DNA from: Cenarchaeum symbiont of Oopsacas minuta
GTDB lineage: Archaea; Thermoproteota; Nitrososphaeria; Nitrososphaerales; Nitrosopumilaceae
Reading direction: 5' to 3'
Length of the DNA: 64,000 nucleotides
Assembly (NCBI GenBank): GCA_029948415.1
Contig: JAJIZT010000002.1
Location: 146,335-210,334, forward strand
This document shows positions 46,456 to 56,134 of the stretch, in pieces. The notes below the pieces were generated by a model. It did no database searches and was not told where the DNA came from. It saw nothing but the letters and a program-made list of their open reading frames with translations. How positions within the stretch are numbered: the stretch's first letter is position 1; each line of letters opens with the position of its first letter. The position numbers were made by a program, and so were the translations under genes.

Positions 46456-47502
46456 ATGAAAGTTGGCGTCGTTGGAGCATCTGGATACGTTGGTGGCGAG
46501 ACATTGAGGTTGCTGATAAACCATCCAAAAGCTGAGATCATCACAGTGACATCTAGGCAGCATGTTGGAGAGTACCTACATAGAGTGCAGCCTAGCTTGA
46601 AGGGTTTTACTGACCTAAAATTTTCAGAGCTAGACTATGATAAAATGTCATCAGAGTGCGATATTGTATTTACTGCAGTACCGCATGGAATGGCAACTGG
46701 AATTGTAAAATCATTTTATGATCGTAGAGTAAAAGTCATAGACCTGAGTGCAGACTATCGCCTTCATAAACCCAAAGATTATGATAGATGGTATGGTTGG
46801 GAGCATCCACATCCAGACTATCTTGAAAAATCTGTCTTTGGAGTTCCAGAACTACATCGAGAAAAAATTAAAAATGCACAGCTTGTCTCATGTCCTGGAT
46901 GTATGGCAGTTACTGCCACACTTGCACTAGCTCCACTGATACGCAATAATATCATAGATACAAAACACATAGTTGTTGATTCAAAGATAGGATCTTCGGG
47001 GGCAGGTGCAGGAGCTGGGACATCACATGCAATGCGTGCTGGCGTCATACGTCCTTACAAGCCTTCAGGACATAGACATACTGGAGAGATAGAGCAAGAG
47101 CTTGGCGAGATTGCAGGCGAAAAGATAGGAATCTCGATGAGTCCTCATGCAGTAGATGTGGTTCGCGGTATTTTGTGTACAAGTCATACATTTATGAAAA
47201 AAAATATTGATGAAAAAGATCTTTGGAAAATATATCGTACAGCATACGGTGATGAAAAACACATAAGACTCATACGAGATAAAAAAGGTCTATACAAATT
47301 TCCAGATCCAAAATTTTTGGTTGGTTCAAATTTTTGCGATATTGGATTTGACATAGATAGAGAGAACAATAGACTAGTCGTATTATCTGCATCAGATAAC
47401 CTCATGAAAGGTGCTGCAGGATCTGCAATACAAAACATGAATGTCATGTTTGGTCTAGAAGAGACAACGGGGCTCAAATACACCCCACTCACACCGGTGT
47501 AA
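46456..47502 (+). CDS. lysY: [LysW]-aminoadipate/glutamate semialdehyde-forming reductase (ArgC/LysY)
   Basis: VGASGYVGGE Rossmann N-terminus. Active-site SCPGCMAV. Confidence 0.85.
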   Translation: MKVGVVGASGYVGGETLRLLINHPKAEIITVTSRQHVGEYLHRVQPSLKGFTDLKFSELDYDKMSSECDIVFTAVPHGMATGIVKSFYDRRVKVIDLSADYRLHKPKDYDRWYGWEHPHPDYLEKSVFGVPELHREKIKNAQLVSCPGCMAVTATLALAPLIRNNIIDTKHIVVDSKIGSSGAGAGAGTSHAMRAGVIRPYKPSGHRHTGEIEQELGEIAGEKIGISMSPHAVDVVRGILCTSHTFMKKNIDEKDLWKIYRTAYGDEKHIRLIRDKKGLYKFPDPKFLVGSNFCDIGFDIDRENNRLVVLSASDNLMKGAAGSAIQNMNVMFGLEETTGLKYTPLTPV

Positions 47503-47509
47503 TCTAGCC

Positions 47510-48313
47510 ATGATTACAATAAAGATAGGCGGTAGTGTCGTAGATGATCTCCACGAGTCTACCATACTAGATATTAAAAAAACATCCATTGAACAAGGTT
47601 TGGTCATAGTTCATGGTGGGGCAAAAGAGGTTACCAAAGTTTCAAAACAGATTGGAAGAGAGCCAAAATTTGTCACATCTCCTAGTGGTATAAAAAGCAG
47701 GTATACTGATGCAGAGACTGCCAATATATTCACCATGGTCATGACAGGTCGCATCGGCAAAAATATAGTACGCATTTTACAAAAAAACGGCATAAATGCA
47801 ATAGGACTCTCTGGGATAGATGGTCGCCTGATACAAGCAGAACGCAAAAAAAAATTACTAGTGATAAACGATAAAGGTAGAAAACAGATGATCGACGGAG
47901 GGTATACTGGAAAGATAACAAAGGTGGATTCAGACTTTATAAAATATTTAATAGAACGCAAGATGGTTCCAGTAATATCTCCAGTTGCAACAAGTGAAGA
48001 GTATGATTTTTTAAATGTGGATGGAGATAGAGCTGCAGCATATGTTGCAGGTGCTATAAAATCAGATTGCGTTTTGTTTATCACAAACGTGGACGGATTG
48101 TGGGACAAGGATAAAAATATCATAAAACATCTTGATCTACAATATGCAAAAGAGATTAGACCGACGATAGGTCCTGGAATGGAGAAAAAGGTTTTAGCAT
48201 CTATAGAAGCAATAGAGATGGGTGTGAATACTGCAATTATAGCAAATGGAAAGAGGGAAAACCCCATATCAGAGGCGCTAAAACATAAAGAATGTACGGT
48301 GATAGAGAGATGA
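47510..48313 (+). CDS. lysZ: [LysW]-aminoadipate/glutamate kinase (ArgB/LysZ)
   Basis: Amino-acid kinase fold (IKIGGS, VIVHGG). Confidence 0.8.
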   Translation: MITIKIGGSVVDDLHESTILDIKKTSIEQGLVIVHGGAKEVTKVSKQIGREPKFVTSPSGIKSRYTDAETANIFTMVMTGRIGKNIVRILQKNGINAIGLSGIDGRLIQAERKKKLLVINDKGRKQMIDGGYTGKITKVDSDFIKYLIERKMVPVISPVATSEEYDFLNVDGDRAAAYVAGAIKSDCVLFITNVDGLWDKDKNIIKHLDLQYAKEIRPTIGPGMEKKVLASIEAIEMGVNTAIIANGKRENPISEALKHKECTVIER

Positions 48314-49488
48314 GCGAAGAAGAGTATATGGGTAATCTGTATCAGAAATTTCCAGTTACAATCCATAAAGGTAGTGGTGCACGTGTTTGGGATGATACAG
48401 GTAGAGAGTATATCGACTGCATGGGAGGATATGGTGTAGCACTTGTTGGGCATAGAAACAAACGCGTCGTAAATGCACTGCAAAAGCAGCTAGGAGAGAT
48501 CATCACCGTGCACAGCTCGCTATACAGTACAACTCGACTAGAATTTCTCAAAAAACTTTTCTCAATTGCACCCTCTAAACTCTCTCAAGTTCATCTAAAT
48601 AACAGTGGAGCTGAATCAGTAGAGGCTGCGATAAAGTTTGCTCGCAAATACACTAAAAGAAAACGTATGGTTGCCATGAGAGGATCATATCATGGAAAGA
48701 CCATGGGAGCCCTCTCGCTTACATTTAATCCAAAATATAGAAAAAGCTTTGAGCCGCTAGTAGATTTAGTCGAATTTGTTCCATTTGGAGATATTGATGC
48801 TCTGCAAAATGTAATAGATGATCAGACAGCCATGTTGATCATAGAGCCAATTCAAGGTGAGAGTGGAATACATGTAGCACCGAATGGATTTTTACAAAAA
48901 GCGCGGAGTATATGCGATGACTCTGGAACATTGCTAGTATTTGATGAGATACAGTGTGGACTTGGTCGTACAGGTCGTATGTGGGCATGCGAGCATTGGG
49001 ATACGATACCAGATATACTGTGTGCTTCAAAAGGAATTGCAGGTGGCATTCCAATGGGTGTGACTCTAACAAAACCTGAGATTATTGCATCAATCTCAAA
49101 AGGCGAGCACTCTTCTACATTTGGTGGCAATCCACTTGCATGTGCAGCAGCAAAAGCTGCAATTACAGCACTTACCGATGATGGATTGGTAAAAAATGCA
49201 GCAAGTGTCGGTGCAGTGCTTATAGATGGTCTCAAAAGTCTTGCTAGCAAACATCCCATAATCAGAGAGGTTCGCGGTATGGGGCTAATGGTTGGAGTAG
49301 AGTTGAAATTTGATGTGCGAGAGATTCTTTTGGATGCAATAAAAAATGGAATGCTCTTACTATATTCTGGTAGAAATGTATTACGTTTTCTCCCACCACT
49401 CTCAATATCAAAAGAAGAGGTGCAAAAGGTTTTAGTGACTCTTGATGAATTGTTAACCATGGAGGAGAAGAGAAGAGATGCAAATTGA
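48310..49488 (+). CDS. lysJ: [LysW]-linked aminotransferase (ArgD/LysJ)
   Basis: Class III PLP aminotransferase motifs DEIQCGLGRTG and SKGIAGG. The ATG overlaps the lysZ stop (ATGA). Confidence 0.85.
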   Translation: MSEEEYMGNLYQKFPVTIHKGSGARVWDDTGREYIDCMGGYGVALVGHRNKRVVNALQKQLGEIITVHSSLYSTTRLEFLKKLFSIAPSKLSQVHLNNSGAESVEAAIKFARKYTKRKRMVAMRGSYHGKTMGALSLTFNPKYRKSFEPLVDLVEFVPFGDIDALQNVIDDQTAMLIIEPIQGESGIHVAPNGFLQKARSICDDSGTLLVFDEIQCGLGRTGRMWACEHWDTIPDILCASKGIAGGIPMGVTLTKPEIIASISKGEHSSTFGGNPLACAAAKAAITALTDDGLVKNAASVGAVLIDGLKSLASKHPIIREVRGMGLMVGVELKFDVREILLDAIKNGMLLLYSGRNVLRFLPPLSISKEEVQKVLVTLDELLTMEEKRRDAN

Positions 49489-49894
49489 TTCAACTGATAA
49501 AAAAATTATAGATATTTTTAAAAAAAATTCTCGTGAATCATTTGCTACAGTTGGAACCATGACGAGTATATCTGAATCAGCTGTTAGAAGACGTGTAAAA
49601 AATATGCTCGATGCTGGAGTGATAAAAAAATTCACAATAGAGCAAGACGATGTAAATTCGACAAAAGCCATAGTGTTAGTCTCTGTAGATTCTGCAACAG
49701 ATACATCGCTTGTATCAACAAATCTAAAAAAACTCAAAGACATACGTACAGTCTATGAGATTACAGGGCAATATGATATTGCAGTAATAATGAGTGCAGA
49801 TAACATCTCTTCGATAAACGAGAGTATTGATGCATTACGTAAAAAATCTGGAGTTGTCGACACCAACACTGTGATAATATTACGTACCGTATAA
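49478..49894 (+). CDS. Lrp/AsnC-family transcriptional regulator (LysM-like by context)
   Basis: HTH: DKKIIDIFKKNSRESFATVGTMTSISESAVRRRVKNM, followed by a RAM domain. Confidence 0.75.
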   Translation: MQIDSTDKKIIDIFKKNSRESFATVGTMTSISESAVRRRVKNMLDAGVIKKFTIEQDDVNSTKAIVLVSVDSATDTSLVSTNLKKLKDIRTVYEITGQYDIAVIMSADNISSINESIDALRKKSGVVDTNTVIILRTV

Positions 49895-49965
49895 TGACGG
49901 AAACCGTTATAAAAAAGATGAAAAATGACTAAAACTGCACAAATATGTTTATATCCGTCATATAG

Positions 49966-51165
49966 ATGACGGATCTCATGGAGAATCCAAATTTGTATGC
50001 TGATGCATATAACGAGTATGATTTGAATCATAAAAAAATACGTATTCTAGATAGCACATTACGTGAAGGAGAACAACATCCTGGTGTCTCATTTACCAAC
50101 AAGCAACGCATACAGATAGCATGGATGTTGGATTATTTTGGTGTAGATCAAATAGAGATATCACCAGTGGTCTCAGACGATCATAAAAAAGCAGTTAAAA
50201 CTATAATAAAACAAGGACTACAAGCAGATATTGTATCACATGGTCGTGCATTACGCTCTGATATTGACATCTCTATTGATTGTGATGCAAAATGGGTGGC
50301 AGCATATCTTGGAATATCAGATATCCATCTACGTGACAAGTTGAGAATAACGCAAGAGCAGGCAATGGAGCGTGCAATAGATACTGTAGAGTATGCAAAA
50401 AAACATGATCTGCATATACGATTTACTTTAGAGGATGGTAGTAGAGCTAAACCAGAGTTTATGGAAGATATGTGCCGTGCAATAACCAAAGCTGGAGTTG
50501 ATCGCATTAGTCTACCAGATACTGTTGGTATACTACGGCCACGTGGAATGTATAATTTTGTAAATAGAGTACGCCAATGCACAGATGCTAAACTTGATGC
50601 ACATGTACATAATGATATGGGATTTGCTCTTGCCAATGCTTTTGCTGCATGTGAGGCAGGAGTAGATCAGATACATACGACGATAGATGGTATAGGAGAG
50701 AGAACTGGCATACCTGCACTAGCAGAAGTAGCAGTTGCCCTCACATATCTATTCAAATCTCCCAACGATTTTCGACTAGACATGTTGCAAGATCTCTCAA
50801 GACTTATCGAGAGTTATACTATGATAAAACCATACGACTCTAAACCCATCGTGGGCACATCAGCTTTCAAGCATAAAGCTGGAACGCATCTAGCTGCCAT
50901 ACTGCGCAATCCTGCAGCCTATGAACCAATACCACCTAGATCGGTTGGAAATCGCAGAAGAATAGTCTTTGGTGAGCTTGCAGGAAAGACAGGTGCTGCA
51001 CACTTGATGTCCATATTGGGTTTGAATCCTAACGAGGATGAGGCAAAAGGATTGGCATCTGGATTAAAGAATCTTCGAATGGGCGATCTAATGGATATTC
51101 CGCTAGATGATAGAGTAGAAAAAAAGATAATAGGTGACAATGATCGGTCAAATGGTGGTGAATAG
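49966..51165 (+). CDS. homocitrate synthase (2-isopropylmalate synthase family)
   Basis: LDSTLREGEQ and HVHNDMGFALAN. Location within the lysine cluster. Confidence 0.7.
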   Translation: MTDLMENPNLYADAYNEYDLNHKKIRILDSTLREGEQHPGVSFTNKQRIQIAWMLDYFGVDQIEISPVVSDDHKKAVKTIIKQGLQADIVSHGRALRSDIDISIDCDAKWVAAYLGISDIHLRDKLRITQEQAMERAIDTVEYAKKHDLHIRFTLEDGSRAKPEFMEDMCRAITKAGVDRISLPDTVGILRPRGMYNFVNRVRQCTDAKLDAHVHNDMGFALANAFAACEAGVDQIHTTIDGIGERTGIPALAEVAVALTYLFKSPNDFRLDMLQDLSRLIESYTMIKPYDSKPIVGTSAFKHKAGTHLAAILRNPAAYEPIPPRSVGNRRRIVFGELAGKTGAAHLMSILGLNPNEDEAKGLASGLKNLRMGDLMDIPLDDRVEKKIIGDNDRSNGGE

Positions 51166-51335
51166 ACACGACAAAATGTGAAGAATGTGATGCAAATATT
51201 CCTATACCCTCAGATGCACTCGCAGGCGAGATTACAACCTGTTCTGAGTGTGGCGCAAGCTTTGAGCTGATAAAGGATGGAGACGAGATGATCCTAAAAC
51301 CAGCACAGAGTGTAGGCGAGGACTGGGGACAGTGA
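51162..51335 (+). CDS. lysW: LysW paralog with atypical termini
   Basis: (IDTT)KCEECDANIPIPSDALAGEITTCSECGASFELIKDGDEMILKPAQSVGEDWGQ*. The frame is open only from 51162, with no ATG/GTG/TTG before the first Cys. The stop overlaps the GTG start of the next gene. Confidence 0.55.
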   Translation: MDTTKCEECDANIPIPSDALAGEITTCSECGASFELIKDGDEMILKPAQSVGEDWGQ

Positions 51336-52183
51336 CCAATCAAAAGGTCACCGTCTTGTATGATACTGTAAGGTGGGAAGAAAAATCCCTAGCAGAGGCT
51401 GCAAAGAGAACAAGTGTCAATTTGCATATGCAGGATTGTAGGAGTGTGCGTCTTGATCTAGATGCACAACCTCCAGAGTATGGTACGATTCTACAAAGAT
51501 GCGTCAGCTATTATAGAAATATTCATTCTACTGCAGCCTTTGAAGGTCTTGGTTCTGTTGTAATAAACTGCTTAAAGACGGGCATATACGCTGGAAACAA
51601 GCTCTACTCTCACATGTTGTTGCGCAAACACGAGATTCCAACTCCAAAATCTAGCGTTGCATTTTCAAAACAGAGTGCAATTAATGCAATAGAGGAGATT
51701 GGATATCCGATGGTTTCAAAGCCCACAGTAGGGAGTTGGGGGCGCATGGTGGCAAAGATCTCTAATGCAGAATCTGCAAATGCAATACTAGATACACACG
51801 AGATGCTACATCCCATTTACCATATACATTATCTAGAAGAGTTTGTAAAACGTCCAGAAAGAGACATACGCGCCATAGTGGTAGGAGATAGAGTAGTGGC
51901 GGCAATATACAGATACTCTGGTAGTGGAGAGTGGAAGACAAACATGGCACTTGGAGGTAGGGCTGAAAAATGCCCAGTTACTAGCGAATTAGAAGAGATT
52001 TGTTTAAAGGCAAAAAAAGCAGTATATGGTGACATAGTTGGAGTAGACCTTATGGAGAGCGAGGATAGAGGTCTACTCGTACACGAGGTAAACAATACAA
52101 CTGAATTCAAAAATACCGTACGTGTATGTAATGTTGATATTCCAAAACTCATGATAGAGTATGCAGTAAAGGTGGAAAGATAA
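51332..52183 (+). CDS. lysX: RimK/LysX-type ATP-grasp ligase (LysX by context)
   Basis: Paralog of 41432..42283 (VTVLYDTVRWEEKSL...). GTG start. Confidence 0.8.
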   Translation: MTNQKVTVLYDTVRWEEKSLAEAAKRTSVNLHMQDCRSVRLDLDAQPPEYGTILQRCVSYYRNIHSTAAFEGLGSVVINCLKTGIYAGNKLYSHMLLRKHEIPTPKSSVAFSKQSAINAIEEIGYPMVSKPTVGSWGRMVAKISNAESANAILDTHEMLHPIYHIHYLEEFVKRPERDIRAIVVGDRVVAAIYRYSGSGEWKTNMALGGRAEKCPVTSELEEICLKAKKAVYGDIVGVDLMESEDRGLLVHEVNNTTEFKNTVRVCNVDIPKLMIEYAVKVER

Positions 52184-53299
52184 TTGTTTACAGATACAGA
52201 CGAGAATCTTGCACTCAAAGTATTAATCCATGCTCTTGGACTTTACACTCCATCTTTATCAGAGAAACCAATAGCAGATTACCTTGCTGGCATCTGCTCA
52301 GATCTAGGGTTTAGAGATGTACACATAGATGAGGTAGGAAATATCATAGCTGTAAAAGGAAACGGAAGACCAATCACAATGTTGTGTGGACATATGGATA
52401 CTGTACCTGGAAAGATTCTTGTCAAAAGAGACGGGGATCAGATCTTTGGTAGAGGTTCATCAGATGCCAAAGCTCCACTCTTGGCAATGTTGTTTGCTGC
52501 AGCATGCGTTGGTAAGAATGATGGGACTATAATTTTTGTTGGTGCAGTAGACGAAGAAGGAAACGCAACTGGAATCAAAAACCTTGCATCACAAAAGCTA
52601 GACATTGATTATGCCGTGTTTGGAGAACCAAGTGGTATAGAAAAGGTAACCATAGCATACAAGGGAAGACTTGCAGTGACCTTGCGTGTAAACGCCAAAG
52701 ATAGCTCACATGCAAGTGCCCCATGGCTCTCAAAGAACGCCATAGAAGAGGCAGCATATTTTGTCAAACGCATTAAAGAGAGCATAGAGAATGATTCAGA
52801 GACTAGATGGAATTCAATTACTGCCACTCTGACAGAGATTAGCGGAGGTACAAGTCACAACGTTACTCCAAGCGAGTGTAGAGCTACAATAGATATACGT
52901 ATTCCAGTTGGGACTAGCTGTGGAAAGATAGAAGAGATGGTCTCAAATACAGTCCAGTCTGTATCAGCAGAGAGAGGAGTAGAAGCGTTTCATTCCATAT
53001 TAGATGAGACAGAGCCATTTGAGGCAGACCATAGCTCACCACTAGTACGGGCGTTTAATCTAGGTGCAGCACAAGCTGGCATTGGCAGGATCTCTTTGAC
53101 GCGCAAGACAGGTACTGGAGACATGAATGTAATTGGACATAGATTCAACGTACCAGTGGTCACATATGGTCCAGGAGATCCTCATGCATCGCATACTGCC
53201 AACGAGTCTGTATCAGCTAGCGAGTATCTTCAGGGAATAACTGTTTTAAAGTGTGTATTGAGTCACCTTAAACGATTACACGATAGAAGGCGTAACTGA
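52184..53299 (+). CDS. lysK: [LysW]-lysine/ornithine hydrolase (ArgE/LysK, M20 peptidase)
   Basis: HMDTVPG and DEEG metal-site contexts. TTG start directly after the lysX stop. Confidence 0.75.
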   Translation: MFTDTDENLALKVLIHALGLYTPSLSEKPIADYLAGICSDLGFRDVHIDEVGNIIAVKGNGRPITMLCGHMDTVPGKILVKRDGDQIFGRGSSDAKAPLLAMLFAAACVGKNDGTIIFVGAVDEEGNATGIKNLASQKLDIDYAVFGEPSGIEKVTIAYKGRLAVTLRVNAKDSSHASAPWLSKNAIEEAAYFVKRIKESIENDSETRWNSITATLTEISGGTSHNVTPSECRATIDIRIPVGTSCGKIEEMVSNTVQSVSAERGVEAFHSILDETEPFEADHSSPLVRAFNLGAAQAGIGRISLTRKTGTGDMNVIGHRFNVPVVTYGPGDPHASHTANESVSASEYLQGITVLKCVLSHLKRLHDRRRN

Positions 53300-54345
53300 T
53301 GCTTTGGTTTGTCGGTGCAGGACTTGCTGGAGTACAGTCACTGACAATGCAGGCAAAAGATGTAATATCAAAGTCGGATGCAGTATTTGTTGAACAATTT
53401 ACTAGTCCAACTGGAATAGAATATTTTGCAGAGATTGAAAAATTGGCACTAGGTAAAACACATGCTATAAAACGATGGGCAGTTGAAGATGGTAACAAGA
53501 TTTTAAATGTTTCAAAGACTGGAACGGCTGTGCTGATCTCTTGGGGGGATCCATATGTGGCAACCACGCATACAGAGTTGCGCACTCGAGCCATAACTAG
53601 TGGCATAAAAACAGGTACCATACACGGAGCTTCAGTCCTGACTGCAATGGTTGGAGAATGTGGCTTGCATCAATACAAAATTGGAAAGACTGTCACGATT
53701 ATGAGCGAGTCAAATCAATCTACAACACCATATTATACCATATACAAGAATATGATCCAAGGTGCACATACTATATTGCTCCTAGAGTACAATCAAGACA
53801 AGGATTATTTTTTAGATCCTGTAGATGCGTTGAAAATTTTACAAGAGGCAGAAAAAGGTCAACGTAGAAGAGTCATAATTAAAGATACTTTTTGCTTGGT
53901 TGCATCAAGAATTGGCTCTCAGAATCAAAGAATTGTTGCAGGGAATATATCCCACATTATTAAAAAAGAATTTGGCAATCCCCCACATGCTTTGATTATA
54001 CCAAGTAGTCTACATTTTACAGAGTCAGATGCAATAAATGCACTTGCAGAGTGTATTGATGCACCATCAGATAACTCTCAGAAAACTCCTAGTATTCCAA
54101 AACAGATGCTCAAAAAATATGTACCCATGATAGAGCATGCAATATCAGAATCTAAAAAACTATGCAAAGGTGATGCGCATCTTGAAGAAGTGTTGGATGG
54201 TGCATCTAGGTATACAGATGATGCAAAACAGTTTTTGGATGATGGTCAAGAGGATCTTGCTGTTTTATGCATAGGTTATGCAGATGGTTTGGCTGATGCA
54301 GTTAGAATTGCACGAGGTTTGGAGCCAGCTGGTGCATCAAACTAG
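53299..54345 (+). CDS. dph5: diphthine synthase with a ~95-aa C-terminal extension (DUF357-like)
   Basis: MLWFVGAGLAG...VFVEQFTSP tetrapyrrole-methylase fold. The tail YTDDAKQFLDDGQEDLAVLCIGYADGLADAVRIARGL resembles DUF357 (from memory). Confidence 0.7.
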   Translation: MLWFVGAGLAGVQSLTMQAKDVISKSDAVFVEQFTSPTGIEYFAEIEKLALGKTHAIKRWAVEDGNKILNVSKTGTAVLISWGDPYVATTHTELRTRAITSGIKTGTIHGASVLTAMVGECGLHQYKIGKTVTIMSESNQSTTPYYTIYKNMIQGAHTILLLEYNQDKDYFLDPVDALKILQEAEKGQRRRVIIKDTFCLVASRIGSQNQRIVAGNISHIIKKEFGNPPHALIIPSSLHFTESDAINALAECIDAPSDNSQKTPSIPKQMLKKYVPMIEHAISESKKLCKGDAHLEEVLDGASRYTDDAKQFLDDGQEDLAVLCIGYADGLADAVRIARGLEPAGASN

Positions 54346-54796
54346 CATCGATTATTTTGTGCCACTTTTAGATGAAATTTGCCTGTTTGATTTCAATCCC
54401 TTGATGTCAAGTGCTGGTAGAGGATTTTAGACAATCAATAAAATGCAATTTTCTTTATACATAATTTGGGTTTTTCAAATATCTCGCATCGGTTAAAGTT
54501 AAACAGCATGTAGCCTTTACTCTTTTCAGGATCATGGGATACTTTATCGTTTGATAAGATCATGGCGGTTTACTATATTCAAAGTGTTTATTCCAATCTG
54601 CACATGTTGGAATGATCCACATCTAAATACTTACAATATGCCAAAATTGTATTAAAACTCTTTTTCTTGATCTTTGGTGTGGGTTTTGAAATTTTTCTCA
54701 GTTTTTTCAACTGCTTTATAATGACGTTCAGACCATTTGTTTTCTATTATTCAATAAAACATAATTATGTCATATAAGATTATATCCAATTGGTTC

Positions 54797-54873
54797 GTAT
54801 GAGGTTAGCTACTCTATTTTTGTGCAAATATAGAACTTTCTTGATAATTATGGGCATGTACGTAACCCCATAC
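54797..54873. repeat. MITE-like/structured element, copy B (77 nt; homolog of 24683-24763)
   Basis: See copy A. Confidence 0.5.
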
Positions 54874-54988
54874 TTTTCTGGTGCATCTATGGGAGTTTTC
54901 TGAAATCAGATTGTTTGTTGCATATCAGTAGATCATATATAAAAAAGTATATGGTATGTTTATAACGTGATATACGGTATAATACATT

Positions 54989-55384
54989 ATGGAAAAACAG
55001 AGTATTGAACATAGAATAGATGTACTAGAATCTAGAGCTGATCATGGAAAAAAACGAGATATTGAAAAAATTAGTCAATTGATACATCAAATTAATTCTG
55101 CGTTTGAAAGTCATGCTAAGCATATCGCAAAACAATTTGATAAAACTAGTACATATATCGCAAAGAGATTTGATGATATGGATTATAGATTAAGTAAAAT
55201 TGAAGCAGATATGGAAATTGTTAGAAAAGAATTATCTAATGTTTCAAATTGGACTAAAACAAGTGATCATATGTTTCAGCTTACACGTACTCATGCTTAT
55301 GAAATACCAAAAATAGAAGTTCGATTAGATAAATTAGAAAAAGTAAACACTACTGATTCAGACTCGTATTCTGAATCAAAGTAA
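54989..55384 (+). CDS. hypothetical coiled-coil protein
   Basis: ORF track. Heptad-rich. Sits in a repeat-rich intergenic patch. Confidence 0.3.
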   Translation: MEKQSIEHRIDVLESRADHGKKRDIEKISQLIHQINSAFESHAKHIAKQFDKTSTYIAKRFDDMDYRLSKIEADMEIVRKELSNVSNWTKTSDHMFQLTRTHAYEIPKIEVRLDKLEKVNTTDSDSYSESK

Positions 55385-55396
55385 TCTACTTGATAT

Positions 55397-55475
55397 TACT
55401 AGGCCGCATAACTCGAGTTTTTATACCCAAACCATATCTAGATATTTTCAATATTAGGAAGCTTGCAACAGACTA
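55397..55475 (+). mobile_element. 79-nt MITE-like element, copy 2
   Basis: Same length and about 85% identity to the reverse complement of 40038-40116. Confidence 0.55.
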
Positions 55476-55479
55476 GGTA

Positions 55480-55513
55480 AATGTGAATCTCAAAAGACTT
55501 TTGCTCCTTACTA
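55480..55513. repeat. solo IS630-type terminal repeat
   Basis: AATGTGAATCTCAAAAGACTTTTGCTCCTTACTA compared with AATGTGAATTCCAAAAGACTTATGCTCCATACTA at 29012-29045. Followed by TA. Confidence 0.55.
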
Positions 55514-55558
55514 TATCAATGCGATAAATTAAAAACTCCAAATTCCCATTCATTACTC

Positions 55559-56134
55559 ATGACAATATCTGAAAAGAAATTATTGGTAGATATACTAGCA
55601 TCATCACTTGGAGCAAAAAGGCACACTCCATCATCTAAAGAGATGAATCACCTCTCAAAGATAGGGTATGTAAAAGATGGTAAAATTACAAAACTTGGTA
55701 GATCTCGCATACGTTTAGTATTGGCAGGCGGTGTCTTTGACATAATACATCCAGGACATATTCATACGTTAAATGAAGCCAAAAACCTTGGAGATATGTT
55801 AATAGTGGTTGTAGCCACAGACCTCATGGCAGAAAAAGGAAAAAAACGCACTCCACTGCACACCAAAGAGCAACGTCAAATTCTAGTCTCATCGATTAGT
55901 ATGGTAGATGTGTGTATGATTGGTAGTGAAAAAGACATCTTTGAGACAGTAAAGATTGTAGATCCAGATATTGTTGCACTAGGTTATGATCAAACACATC
56001 AAGAAAAGACAATACTAGATGGATGTATCAAACGTGGATTACACACAAGCGTAGCAAGACTCCAATCTCCTATGCCCGATATGTCTAGCTCTGAGATTCG
56101 TAAAGAGTATGATACAGAGATACACGGTCTCTAA
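55559..56134 (+). CDS. ribL: cytidylyltransferase-family FAD synthetase (RibL-like) with an N-terminal extension
   Basis: GGVFDIIHPGHIHTL (HxGH). Adjacent to the riboflavin kinase gene. Confidence 0.55.
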   Translation: MTISEKKLLVDILASSLGAKRHTPSSKEMNHLSKIGYVKDGKITKLGRSRIRLVLAGGVFDIIHPGHIHTLNEAKNLGDMLIVVVATDLMAEKGKKRTPLHTKEQRQILVSSISMVDVCMIGSEKDIFETVKIVDPDIVALGYDQTHQEKTILDGCIKRGLHTSVARLQSPMPDMSSSEIRKEYDTEIHGL

